Shown: positions 20,350-31,540, counted from the stretch's first letter. The stretch is DNA of 64,000 nt from an uncultured Pelagibacteraceae bacterium (GCA_902564295.1 CACFAO010000004.1:7907-71906), one strand, 5' to 3'. Numbers and translations: made by a program. Notes: generated from the letters alone by a model not told the origin.

Positions 20350-21915
20350 ATGTTATTACACGAGCATTTACAAAATGGAGCAGATAAAAATCCTAATTTC
20401 CCTTTTTCTGAATTTGAAGGAAATTCGCTTTCATATCAAGAAGCAAATTTATTAAGCAATCAATTGGCAAACAAACTTGTTTCTGAGGGTTTAGAAGTTG
20501 GAGATAGATTTGCATTCCTTGCAAAGAATTGCACTGAAATGGCAATTATGTACTACGCTGCATCAAAAGTTGGTGCTGTCCCTGTACCATTGAATTATCG
20601 TTTAGCAGACCAAGAGTGGGCATACATAATAAATGACTCTGAAGCTAAACTCATAATAGTCAAAGGAAATGAATATTCGAATAGAATAAATCAGATTTCA
20701 TCAGAATTAAGAAATGTAAAAAAATATATTTCTATATCCCTTGATAATAGTATCGAAAAATTCCAGGATTTTTATGATTGGCTTTCTGATAGTCCGGATG
20801 AAAAACCAACTTTAAAAATCCATGAAAATGATGACGTATATCAAATGTACACAAGCGGTACTACAGGTCATCCGAAAGGCGCTGTTCTTTTACAAAGAAA
20901 TGTTGCTGCTAACATAAGACAGTATTTAAATAGTTTAACTTTACCCAGGCCTTCAAGAACTCTATTGGTAGCGCCAATGTATCATGCTGCAGCAATGATT
21001 AATATGTGTGGATGCATTGCAATAGGTGGAACAATAGTTATTCAAGAGGATTTTATTCCGCAAGATGTAGTTGATTGTTTGGCAAATGAAAAAATCACGC
21101 ATACAGTATTGGTCCCCGCGATGATTCAAGCATGCTTAGTATCAGTGCCAAATGTTGCAAGTAACGAATATAATGATTTAGATCAGATACATTATGGAGC
21201 CTCGCCAATCGCTCCAGAAACTCTCAAAAAGGCAATGGATGTTTTTAAGTGTAAATTTGGACAAGGTTTTGGAATGACAGAGACCGTTGCTGTTATTTGT
21301 TTAATGACTCCAGAAGAACATATTCGTGCTCTAAATGAAAAACCTGAGCTATTAAAATCATGTGGCAGACCTGCAATCGATACACAAGTTGAAATCAGAG
21401 ATGAAAATGATAATCCTCTTCCAATTGGAGAAATAGGTCAGATCTGCGCAAAGGGACCTCAAATTATGAAAGGTTATTGGAATAAAAAAGAGGAAAGTGA
21501 GAAAGCGCTTAAAGGTGGGTGGATGCATACAGGTGATGCAGGTCGAATGGACGAAGAAGGATTTGTATTTATACAGGATAGAATAAAAGACATGATTGTG
21601 TCTGGAGGTGAGAATATTTACTCAACAGAAGTTGAAGCAGCATTATTTGCACATCCTGATGTTGTTGATGCCGCGGTTATTGGTGTTCCGAACGAAAAAT
21701 ATGGTGAAGTAGTTAAAGCGTGTATTGTAAAAAAGGAAGGGTCGAATGTAACCGAAGATGATTTGATAAGCTTCTGTAAAGACAGAATTGCAAGCTATAA
21801 AAAACCCCAATCAGTAGATTTTATCGATGAAGTTCCAAGAAATGCTAGTGGAAAAGTTTTAAAAAAAGTATTGAGGGAACCGTATTGGAAGGATCAAGAG
21901 AGACAAGTAAGCTAA
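20350..21915 (+). CDS. AMP-dependent acyl-CoA synthetase / ligase (FadD-like)
   Basis: 521 aa. AMP-binding motif YTSGTTGHPKGAVL, then GFGMTET, TGDAGRMDEEGFVFIQDRIKDMI and the C-terminal SGKVLKK. Confidence 0.85.
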   Translation: MLLHEHLQNGADKNPNFPFSEFEGNSLSYQEANLLSNQLANKLVSEGLEVGDRFAFLAKNCTEMAIMYYAASKVGAVPVPLNYRLADQEWAYIINDSEAKLIIVKGNEYSNRINQISSELRNVKKYISISLDNSIEKFQDFYDWLSDSPDEKPTLKIHENDDVYQMYTSGTTGHPKGAVLLQRNVAANIRQYLNSLTLPRPSRTLLVAPMYHAAAMINMCGCIAIGGTIVIQEDFIPQDVVDCLANEKITHTVLVPAMIQACLVSVPNVASNEYNDLDQIHYGASPIAPETLKKAMDVFKCKFGQGFGMTETVAVICLMTPEEHIRALNEKPELLKSCGRPAIDTQVEIRDENDNPLPIGEIGQICAKGPQIMKGYWNKKEESEKALKGGWMHTGDAGRMDEEGFVFIQDRIKDMIVSGGENIYSTEVEAALFAHPDVVDAAVIGVPNEKYGEVVKACIVKKEGSNVTEDDLISFCKDRIASYKKPQSVDFIDEVPRNASGKVLKKVLREPYWKDQERQVS

Positions 21916-23360
21916 GCTGTAGCCGTGCCTCCAACAGTAAGATTTTCTATCAACATAGTAGGCTGACCTACTCCAACCGGAACACTTTGACCGTCTTTAC
22001 CGCACGTTCCAATACCTGTGTCCATTTTTGAGTCGTTACCAACCATCTTAACTCTTTTTAACACATCAGGACCGTTACCAATGAGCGTTGCACCTTTTAC
22101 AGGGTTTGTAACTTTACCATTTTCTATTTTGTAAGCTTCAGTACAAGTGAATACAAACTTACCACTTGTTATGTCAACCTGGCCACCGCCGAAATCCACA
22201 GCATATAGACCATTCTTAACTGATTTTAGAATTTCTTCCGGATGGCGATTACCCGATAACATATATGTATTTGTCATACGAGGCATGGGTAAGTGAGCAT
22301 AACTTTCTCTTCTGCCATTCCCTGTAGGATTAACGCCCATCAGTTTTGAGTTTAATCTGTCCTGCATGTAACCAGCTAAAATTCCATTTTCAATTAATGT
22401 TGTACAATTAGTTGGTGTACCCTCATCATCAACGCTTAGAGATCCTCTACGAGCGTCAATTGTTCCATCGTCAACAACCGTAACCGACTCGTCTGCAATT
22501 TTTTCTCCCATAAGGTTAGAGAATGCAGAGGTTTTTTTCCTATTAAAATCACCCTCAAGTCCATGTCCAATTGCTTCATGTAACAGTACACCCGGGTAAC
22601 CTGGTCCAAGAACTACATCCATTTCACCTGCAGGTGTGTCAACGGAAGTAAGGTTTATTTCAGCTTGATTGATTGCTTCATCTACCTGATTTTGCCAATG
22701 AGAGGAATTTAAGAAAGTTGAGTAATCTACTCTACCACCTGAGCCTCTGCTGCCATTTTCCTGACGTCCATCCTTTTCGAGAACGATGGATACATAAAGT
22801 CTTACTAGAGGGCGAAGATCTTCAATCATAATTCCACCAGGTCTATAAATTCTCACGGCCTGCCATTCACCGTTTAAAGAAGCCGAAACTTGCTTAACAT
22901 TTGGATTTTTTGATCTCGCGTATTCATCAATTTTTTTTAGAGTTTCTACTTTTTCTGAGAATTCAGTTTCATTAATTGGATTGATCTCATTGTAAAGTTT
23001 ACGGTTGGTTTTTGAGAAATTAGCGTTGAAATTTGCATTATGGTCTTTTGTAATAAAATTTACTGTTTCACTGGCTTTTTTTAGTGCATTTTCATCAATA
23101 TCAGATGAATGAGCGTATCCTGAACTTTCACCGGCTATAGCTCTTAATCCAAAACCCTTTGAAGTATCGAACGAAGCACTTTTTAGTCTTTGATCATCGT
23201 ATACGAAGCTCTCACTTTCACAGAATTCCATGAATAGTTCTCCATCGTCTGCTTTGTGTAAAGCATCTGAAACAATTTTATCAACTTTTGAGTTATCTAA
23301 ATTGCTTCTAGTGAAAAAGAGGCTGTCATTGGACTGATTCTCTATTTTTTTGTTAATCAT
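21912..23360 (-). CDS. tldD: TldD-family metalloprotease
   Basis: 482 aa. Contains HEAIGHGLEGDF and the GGGQVD...GKF C-terminal region. Confidence 0.9.
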   Translation of the reverse strand: MINKKIENQSNDSLFFTRSNLDNSKVDKIVSDALHKADDGELFMEFCESESFVYDDQRLKSASFDTSKGFGLRAIAGESSGYAHSSDIDENALKKASETVNFITKDHNANFNANFSKTNRKLYNEINPINETEFSEKVETLKKIDEYARSKNPNVKQVSASLNGEWQAVRIYRPGGIMIEDLRPLVRLYVSIVLEKDGRQENGSRGSGGRVDYSTFLNSSHWQNQVDEAINQAEINLTSVDTPAGEMDVVLGPGYPGVLLHEAIGHGLEGDFNRKKTSAFSNLMGEKIADESVTVVDDGTIDARRGSLSVDDEGTPTNCTTLIENGILAGYMQDRLNSKLMGVNPTGNGRRESYAHLPMPRMTNTYMLSGNRHPEEILKSVKNGLYAVDFGGGQVDITSGKFVFTCTEAYKIENGKVTNPVKGATLIGNGPDVLKRVKMVGNDSKMDTGIGTCGKDGQSVPVGVGQPTMLIENLTVGGTATA

Positions 23361-23523
23361 TTCGAATTGTTCTAAATAAAAGATATTGCTATAAAATATA
23401 TTAAAAAAACCCTAAAAACTAGTAAAAATTGCGTCAAACTGTCGCGAAATAATGAGTAGTTTAATGCAAATTAAGCAGTATATATTACGTAGTAGCTCAA
23501 AAATTTAAATCAATAACTTTTCT

Positions 23524-24351
23524 ATGAAAAATATTATTAAGATATTATTTTTTTTTCTTATACCTTCTTTTTCTCTGGCAAACGAGGGTATTTCTGAAAA
23601 TTGGCAGCTAAGCTTTCAACAGCCTGCAACTGATTTAATGTCTGACATTATTTCATTTCATAGCTATATTTTAATGCCTATCATTACAGGCATATCACTT
23701 TTAGTGCTTGGTCTGCTACTATATATCATGTTCAGATTTAATAGCAGCCGTAATCATGTTGCTTCCACCACAACACATAACACAACAATTGAAATATTGT
23801 GGACTGTAATTCCAGTAATATTGTTAATTATTATTGCTATTCCATCTTTCAGATTACTTTACGTTTCTGAAACAATACCAAAGGCAGATATAACAATTAA
23901 GGCTATCGGCAATCAATGGTATTGGACTTACGAGTACCCCGATTTCGATGATATCTCTTTTGATGCTAACATGCTTGCTGATCATGAGCTGTCAGATCCA
24001 AAGTTAAGATTGTTAGAGACTGATACTCAAATTGTTGTACCAGTGGATAAAGTGGTCAAGCTTCAGTTAACTTCAGCAGATGTTCTGCACGCTTGGACAA
24101 TTCCAGCATTTGGTGTCAAGATGGATGCTGTACCAGGAAGATTAAATGAAACATGGTTTAAGGCTAATAAAGAAGGAATTTATTATGGTCAATGCTCTGA
24201 ACTTTGTGGTCCAAAACATGCCTTTATGCCAATTAATGTAAAAGTTGTATCAAATAAAGAGTTTGAGGAATGGATCGAATTTGCAAAATCTGAGTACGCG
24301 TCCCTAGACATAAATTACACTGACGATACATTTGAAATAGCTAAAAAATAA
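23524..24351 (+). CDS. coxB: Cytochrome c oxidase (aa3) subunit II
   Basis: Signal peptide plus two TM helices. CuA site is SADVLHAWTIPAFGVKMDAVPGR...GQCSELCGPKHAFMP. Confidence 0.95.
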   Translation: MKNIIKILFFFLIPSFSLANEGISENWQLSFQQPATDLMSDIISFHSYILMPIITGISLLVLGLLLYIMFRFNSSRNHVASTTTHNTTIEILWTVIPVILLIIIAIPSFRLLYVSETIPKADITIKAIGNQWYWTYEYPDFDDISFDANMLADHELSDPKLRLLETDTQIVVPVDKVVKLQLTSADVLHAWTIPAFGVKMDAVPGRLNETWFKANKEGIYYGQCSELCGPKHAFMPINVKVVSNKEFEEWIEFAKSEYASLDINYTDDTFEIAKK

Positions 24352-24380
24352 AATATTTTATTTAGAGGAGATATACATAA

Positions 24381-25991
<1,611 letters not shown>

Positions 25992-25999
25992 AAATTACA

Positions 26000-26929
26000 A
26001 TGGCAAATATTACCTCAGTTTCTAACAAACAGGAATTTGGGCTAGGCTCTATTGCGACAAAACTAGTTCTATATATCTCCTTACTTAAACCAAGGGTCAT
26101 GTCACTTTCTATATTTACAGGCTTTGTAGGAATGATAATCGCGCCTGGAAATTTAAGTTTTACAACAGGTTTGCTCGCAATTCTTGCTATCTCAATTGGT
26201 TCTGGCGCGTCAGGAGCACTAAACATGTGGTATGAGAGAGATACTGACAAATTAATGAATAGAACAAAAGATCGAGCTTTGCCAACAAACCAAATAAGCG
26301 CTAATGGGGCACTCATCTATGGCATAACACTCTCAATAATTGCTGTATCAATGCTTTACTTGGTTTCAAATTTAGCAGCTGCAGGATTACTTTTACTGAC
26401 AATTTGCTTTTATATATTTGTTTACACAATATGGCTTAAAAAGAGGACACCTCAAAATATTGTGATAGGAGGTGCAGCGGGGGCCTTTCCTCCGATGATC
26501 GGTTGGGCAGTTGTGACAGGGGGAGTCTCAACTGAGATTTGCCTTCTTTTCATATTAATTTTTCTATGGACGCCTCCTCATTTCTGGGCTCTTGCACTTT
26601 ATAAATCTGATGATTACAAAAAGGCTGGAATTCCTATGATGCCACTGATTGTTGGTGAGCGGAAAACGATAAATTTAATTATTGCTTATTCGATTACCTT
26701 ATTGCCACTTACTTTAATTATGAGTTCATACTATTCTTTGTTCTTTGGAGTTTCGTCAACAGCTCTAAGTATTTTTTTCATTTATTTGGCGTTTGATCTC
26801 AAAAGATCGTGGTTGAAAGATGGCTTGCTTGAGCGAAAAGCTCAAATGCTATTTTATTTTTCAATTATATATCTGTTTAATATTTTCTCAATTCTATTAA
26901 TCGATAATTTACTATGGAATATTTACTGA
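26000..26929 (+). CDS. ctaB: Protoheme IX farnesyltransferase (heme O synthase)
   Basis: 309 aa polytopic UbiA-family protein. Contains MWYERDTDKLMNRTKDRALP and WTPPHFWALAL. Confidence 0.92.
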   Translation: MANITSVSNKQEFGLGSIATKLVLYISLLKPRVMSLSIFTGFVGMIIAPGNLSFTTGLLAILAISIGSGASGALNMWYERDTDKLMNRTKDRALPTNQISANGALIYGITLSIIAVSMLYLVSNLAAAGLLLLTICFYIFVYTIWLKKRTPQNIVIGGAAGAFPPMIGWAVVTGGVSTEICLLFILIFLWTPPHFWALALYKSDDYKKAGIPMMPLIVGERKTINLIIAYSITLLPLTLIMSSYYSLFFGVSSTALSIFFIYLAFDLKRSWLKDGLLERKAQMLFYFSIIYLFNIFSILLIDNLLWNIY

Positions 26930-27033
26930 TGGATAAAAAAATAAAAAAAAGAAATATAATAACTGCCCTCGTGCTAGTTTTCTTCGTGGCTTTGTTTTTC
27001 TCTTACACTGTTTATAAGTTGGGAACTATTTAA
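26929..27033 (+). CDS. 34-aa single-pass membrane peptide inside the cta operon (not in the ORF track)
   Basis: Hand translation gives MDKKIKKRNIITALVLVFFVALFFSYTVYKLGTI*. Its ATG shares the A of the ctaB TGA (TGATG), and its TAA is followed immediately by the ctaG ATG. The peptide has a basic N-terminus and one hydrophobic helix. Confidence 0.55.
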   Translation: MDKKIKKRNIITALVLVFFVALFFSYTVYKLGTI

Positions 27034-27570
27034 ATGAATTTTATCAAGTCAAACAACAGTATCACTGCGATTGGACTAATTGGAATAGTTATCACCATGA
27101 TCGCTTTAGCTTATGCGTCAGTGCCTCTATACAACTATTTTTGTAAAGTTACAGGATTTGGGGGAACTCCAAATGTGTATTCATCTGAAAGCATTTATTC
27201 TATCGATAAAACTATCAATGTTAGATTAGATTCCAACGTTGGTTCTACTCTCGATTGGGAATTCTATCCCGAGCAAAGAATTCATCAATTAAAGATAGGT
27301 GAAAATAAACTCATTAATTATGTGATAGAGAATAATACAGACCAAACTCTAAGTGGTACAGCTGTTTATAATGTATCACCAACTGAGGCAGGAAAGTACT
27401 TTAACAAAATTGAATGCTTTTGTTTTCAAGAGACTGAGCTCATGGCTAACGAAACTAAAATTATGCCAGTTTCATTTTTTATAGATCCTGAAATTGAAAA
27501 TGATAAATACATTTCTGATTTATCAGAAGTTACTTTGTCCTATACCTTTTATGAAAACAGTGATACATAA
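27034..27570 (+). CDS. ctaG: Cytochrome c oxidase assembly protein Cox11/CtaG (CuB insertion)
   Basis: 178 aa. TM anchor, then the YNYFCKVTGFGGTP and FNKIECFCF copper-binding motif. Confidence 0.92.
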   Translation: MNFIKSNNSITAIGLIGIVITMIALAYASVPLYNYFCKVTGFGGTPNVYSSESIYSIDKTINVRLDSNVGSTLDWEFYPEQRIHQLKIGENKLINYVIENNTDQTLSGTAVYNVSPTEAGKYFNKIECFCFQETELMANETKIMPVSFFIDPEIENDKYISDLSEVTLSYTFYENSDT

Positions 27571-27576
27571 TTAGAT

Positions 27577-28377
27577 ATGAGTTCAGAAAATACAAAAAGA
27601 ACACATGAATATCATTTAGTTGATCCAAGTCCTTGGCCCCTTGTTGCATCGATTGGAGCTTTAATCGCGTGCGTTGGAGCGGTTGTTTATTTTAGGACCG
27701 ATGACATGTGGACAATGATAATTGGTTTAGCAATTGTTATCTATGTCTCATACATGTGGTTTAGAGATGTGATTATAGAGGGCGAACATCAAGGTCATCA
27801 CACACCAGTAGTTCAAATTGGCCTTCGATACGGCATGACTTTATTTATTGCGTCAGAAGTAATGTTCTTTGTTGCTTGGTTTTGGGCATATTTCAACGCA
27901 AGTTTATTCCCTACAGAACAAATAGGAGCTATTTGGCCTCCACCAGATATTCATCTAATGGATCCATGGCATATACCTCTAATCAACACGTTAATCTTGC
28001 TTTTATCAGGAACAACAGTCACTTGGGCTCATCATGCATTGCTAGAAGGTAATAGAAAAGAGCTAATACAGGGACTATGGTGCACGGTAGGACTTGGTGT
28101 CGTGTTCACTGGTTTTCAGGTTTATGAATACATGCATGCTGATTTTTCATTTTCTGGGCACATCTATGGAGCAACTTTTTATATGGCGACTGGCTTTCAT
28201 GGCTTTCATGTTCTAATTGGAACAATATTCTTAATAGTTTGCCTTGGAAGATCGATTGCTGGCCATTTCAAATCTGACCATCATTTTGGGTTCGAGGCTG
28301 CTGCTTGGTATTGGCATTTTGTTGATGTCGTTTGGCTATTTTTATTTGCAGCAATTTATGTTTGGGGCTCATATTAA
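27577..28377 (+). CDS. coxC: Cytochrome c oxidase subunit III
   Basis: 266 aa. HEYHLVDPSPWPL start, GFHGFHVLIGT and WYWHFVDVVWLFLF. Confidence 0.95.
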   Translation: MSSENTKRTHEYHLVDPSPWPLVASIGALIACVGAVVYFRTDDMWTMIIGLAIVIYVSYMWFRDVIIEGEHQGHHTPVVQIGLRYGMTLFIASEVMFFVAWFWAYFNASLFPTEQIGAIWPPPDIHLMDPWHIPLINTLILLLSGTTVTWAHHALLEGNRKELIQGLWCTVGLGVVFTGFQVYEYMHADFSFSGHIYGATFYMATGFHGFHVLIGTIFLIVCLGRSIAGHFKSDHHFGFEAAAWYWHFVDVVWLFLFAAIYVWGSY

Positions 28378-28389
28378 TAAATACTTTAA

Positions 28390-29085
28390 TTGATTAAAAA
28401 TCTTCTTTTCCACTTAATATTTATTTCAACAATTGTTCTGCTTCTTTTGCTTTGTTTTTGGCAAACACAAAGGCTCGAATGGAAAAATAATTTAATCGAG
28501 TCAATTAATTCGAATTATAATTCTGTACTAGATGAATTTCCGTCAAACGACGAGAACTCTCAATATGAATTCATGAATACTTCGGTAAAAGGACAACTAT
28601 TAACTGGTAAAAAAATGTTTTTTTATAAATTTAATCTTAAAGGAGAGTCTGGTTATGAAATTGTCTTACCAATGCAAATGATTAGCAAAAAATTTATTTA
28701 TGTAATTCTTGGCTGGATACCGTTTGACTCTAAAGATGATTTTGAATTAGATGAACTTTTCAAAAATAGTGAGATAGAAATCAGAGGAGCTTTAATCTAT
28801 TCGAAGGATCGAAAGCCGCTTATTCCAGAAAATGATACAATTACAAATACCTGGTATTTGCTCAATACAAGTGAAATGGATAAACATCATAAATTAAATT
28901 CTAGTAAGTATATGATAAAATTATTAGACCAAAGCTATTCTGATAATGTTCTGATTGAATTTGAGCCATCTAATATAACAAATAATCATCTCCAGTATGC
29001 TGTCACCTGGTTTTTGTTGTCTTTTGTAATTATGATAATGTATATCTACTATATTAGACAAAAGGTGCAAAAAAATGAGGTATAG
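28390..29085 (+). CDS. SURF1-family cytochrome oxidase biogenesis protein
   Basis: 231 aa with a TTG start. N-terminal TM followed by FWQTQRLEWKNNLI. C-terminal NNHLQYAVTWFLLSF plus a second TM. Confidence 0.85.
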   Translation: MIKNLLFHLIFISTIVLLLLLCFWQTQRLEWKNNLIESINSNYNSVLDEFPSNDENSQYEFMNTSVKGQLLTGKKMFFYKFNLKGESGYEIVLPMQMISKKFIYVILGWIPFDSKDDFELDELFKNSEIEIRGALIYSKDRKPLIPENDTITNTWYLLNTSEMDKHHKLNSSKYMIKLLDQSYSDNVLIEFEPSNITNNHLQYAVTWFLLSFVIMIMYIYYIRQKVQKNEV

Positions 29086-30460
29086 AAGCACAAGGGGCAG
29101 CGATTACTTTGGGTTTAGAGAAGTATTATTTGCTGGGTTAGCAAATGATGGAGGCCTATTTATTCCTGAAAATTGGCCAAATATAAATCATAAAGATATT
29201 AATCGAAATGTAAGTTACGAGGACTTAACAGAAATTATTTTGTCTCCATTTATTGGTGACGAAATAGAGTCCGATCAATTGAAGAGGATTATTAAAGAAG
29301 CGTATTTAAATAACTTTACAGAAAGTGGCTGTGTATCATTCAAGGAGCTTAATAAAAACGAAATAATAGTGGAGCTATTCAATGGCCCAACTTTAGCCTT
29401 CAAAGACTTCGCAATGCAATTACTTATCCCTCTTTTTGATTATTTTTTAGAAAAAGAAAAGAAAAGAATAAATCTTATAGTAGCAACATCAGGTGACACA
29501 GGATCAGCTGCTATAAACGCTGTAAAAAAAAGCAAAAATATAAATATTTTCTGTTTATATCCTAAGGGTAGGATTTCAGAATTTCAGAGAAGACAGATGT
29601 CTACTGTTAATCAAGAAAATATTTTTCTTTGTGAAGTAGAAGGAACTTTTGATGACTGTCAAAAAATTGTTAAAGATATTTTGAAAGATACAGATTATAG
29701 TATGCATAATAATATATCAGCAGTTAATTCAATCAATTGGGCAAGAATTATCATTCAATCAGTATATTACTTTTATACATATATTAATTTTACAGAAAGA
29801 GCTTCCGATAAAGTTAATTTTTCTGTTCCTACTGGTAACTTCGGAGATATTTATGCTGGTTATGTTTCATATAAAATGGGATTACCTATCAATAAATTAA
29901 TAGTGGCTACAAACGAAAATGATATTCTAAATAGATTTATGAAGTCAGGAGTATATGAGTCTAAAACAGTCATAAAAACATCAAGTCCAAGTATGGATAT
30001 TCAGGTAGCAAGTAATTTTGAAAGATTACTTTTTGATATACTTAATCAATCAAATACTGAAACAAAAGCATCAATGGAAAATTTTGAAGCAAGTAGAAAA
30101 ATATCAATATCTGAGGAAAATCTAGAAAAAGTTCGAGAGGTATTTAGCTCGAATAGTTCTTCGATGGATATCGTTCAAAGCACAATCAAATCTGTGAAAG
30201 ATAATTTTTCATATGTTATTGACCCCCATACTGCAACAGGACTTGATGCATCGAGATTTGAAAAAGATATGGATAGGCTTAATTTTGTTTTGGCTACAGC
30301 TCACCCTGTAAAATTCTCTGAGGTTGTTGAAAAATCAATAGGTGAAGGTTTAAATTTAATGAGTAAATACAACTACTTATTTGATGCTGAAGAAAAAATG
30401 TATAAAATGGAAAATAACACAATTCGAATTAAAGAATTCATTAAGGAGCAGATAAGCTAG
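29075..30460 (+). CDS. thrC: Threonine synthase
   Basis: 461 aa. MRYRSTRG start, PLP-lysine region GPTLAFKDFAM and ATSGDTGSAA. Confidence 0.92.
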   Translation: MRYRSTRGSDYFGFREVLFAGLANDGGLFIPENWPNINHKDINRNVSYEDLTEIILSPFIGDEIESDQLKRIIKEAYLNNFTESGCVSFKELNKNEIIVELFNGPTLAFKDFAMQLLIPLFDYFLEKEKKRINLIVATSGDTGSAAINAVKKSKNINIFCLYPKGRISEFQRRQMSTVNQENIFLCEVEGTFDDCQKIVKDILKDTDYSMHNNISAVNSINWARIIIQSVYYFYTYINFTERASDKVNFSVPTGNFGDIYAGYVSYKMGLPINKLIVATNENDILNRFMKSGVYESKTVIKTSSPSMDIQVASNFERLLFDILNQSNTETKASMENFEASRKISISEENLEKVREVFSSNSSSMDIVQSTIKSVKDNFSYVIDPHTATGLDASRFEKDMDRLNFVLATAHPVKFSEVVEKSIGEGLNLMSKYNYLFDAEEKMYKMENNTIRIKEFIKEQIS

Positions 30461-31035
30461 TGTCATTTTTAAAAACTTATTATCCCAAAAAGATAACATT
30501 TGAGAGGAGAGGAGAAAATATTACCCTAAGACCTCCTGATTATAAAGATTGGAAATCATGGTCTTCATTAAAAGAAAAAAACAAAAAATATTTAAAACCG
30601 TGGGAACCTACATGGTCACCAAATGAGCTTGAAAGAAGCTCATTTGTAAAAAGAGTAAGATATTTTGAAAAACTCGCATTAGATGACAATGCATATTCCT
30701 TTCTGATATTTGAAAAAAACGATATTAATTTGATTGGCGAAATTAATATAAATAATGTTCAAAGAGGTGTAGTTCAATCCTGCTCAATTGGGTATTGGAT
30801 TTGTGAAACTAAGATGGGTAAAGGTTTAATGAGTGAGTCAATAAAGCTTATCAAAGAATTTATTTTTGATGAATTGAATTTACATAGAGTAGAGGCAGCG
30901 TGCCTACCAAGAAATGAGCGTTCTTTAAAAACACTTGAAAAAAATAATTTTTGCATTGAAGGTTTAGTAAGACAATATTTGAAAATCAATGGCAAGTGGG
31001 AGGACCACTTACTTTTATCTTGTATTAAAGAATAA
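30460..31035 (+). CDS. GNAT N-acetyltransferase (RimJ/RimL-like)
   Basis: 191 aa. ITLRPP...W and LHRVEAACLPRNERSLKTLEKNNF are typical of RimJ-like GNATs. The GTG start overlaps the thrC TAG. Confidence 0.7.
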   Translation: MSFLKTYYPKKITFERRGENITLRPPDYKDWKSWSSLKEKNKKYLKPWEPTWSPNELERSSFVKRVRYFEKLALDDNAYSFLIFEKNDINLIGEININNVQRGVVQSCSIGYWICETKMGKGLMSESIKLIKEFIFDELNLHRVEAACLPRNERSLKTLEKNNFCIEGLVRQYLKINGKWEDHLLLSCIKE

Positions 31036-31053
31036 ATTTAGTATTGTCGTCAA

Positions 31054-31539
31054 ATGTCAGATTTAATTGGAATTGAATTGCCAAATGAAACTTTAGTTTT
31101 TATGGACAAGGATAAAGGTCCACAACCATTAAAGATATTGGATTTCTGCAAAGGGAAAAAAATAGTAATCTTTGGTGTACCAGGTGCATTTACACCAACG
31201 TGTGCTCGAAATCATTTACCCGGCTTCATAGAGAATGCTGACAAAATTAAAGAAAAAGATATTGATGAAATTTTATGTTTTGCAACTAATGACATATTTA
31301 CTATGTCGGCATGGGAGGAAATGTCTGGATCAAATGGAAAAATAAAATTTTTATCAGATAGTAAGGCTGAGTTTGCAAAATCATTAGGCACGGACTACCC
31401 CGATACATTTGGAACATCGACCAAGACGAAAAGATGCTCAATGCTTGTTAATGATGGAATTATTGAGAAATTTTTTGTCGAAGTTGATGGTGGTAAAGTT
31501 GATGTTAGTGGAGCAAATAAAATGTTGGATTTACTATAA
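31054..31539 (+). CDS. Peroxiredoxin, Prx5 / atypical 2-Cys type
   Basis: 161 aa. Contains the FGVPGAFTPTC peroxidatic-Cys motif. Confidence 0.85.
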   Translation: MSDLIGIELPNETLVFMDKDKGPQPLKILDFCKGKKIVIFGVPGAFTPTCARNHLPGFIENADKIKEKDIDEILCFATNDIFTMSAWEEMSGSNGKIKFLSDSKAEFAKSLGTDYPDTFGTSTKTKRCSMLVNDGIIEKFFVEVDGGKVDVSGANKMLDLL

Positions 31540-31540
31540 C

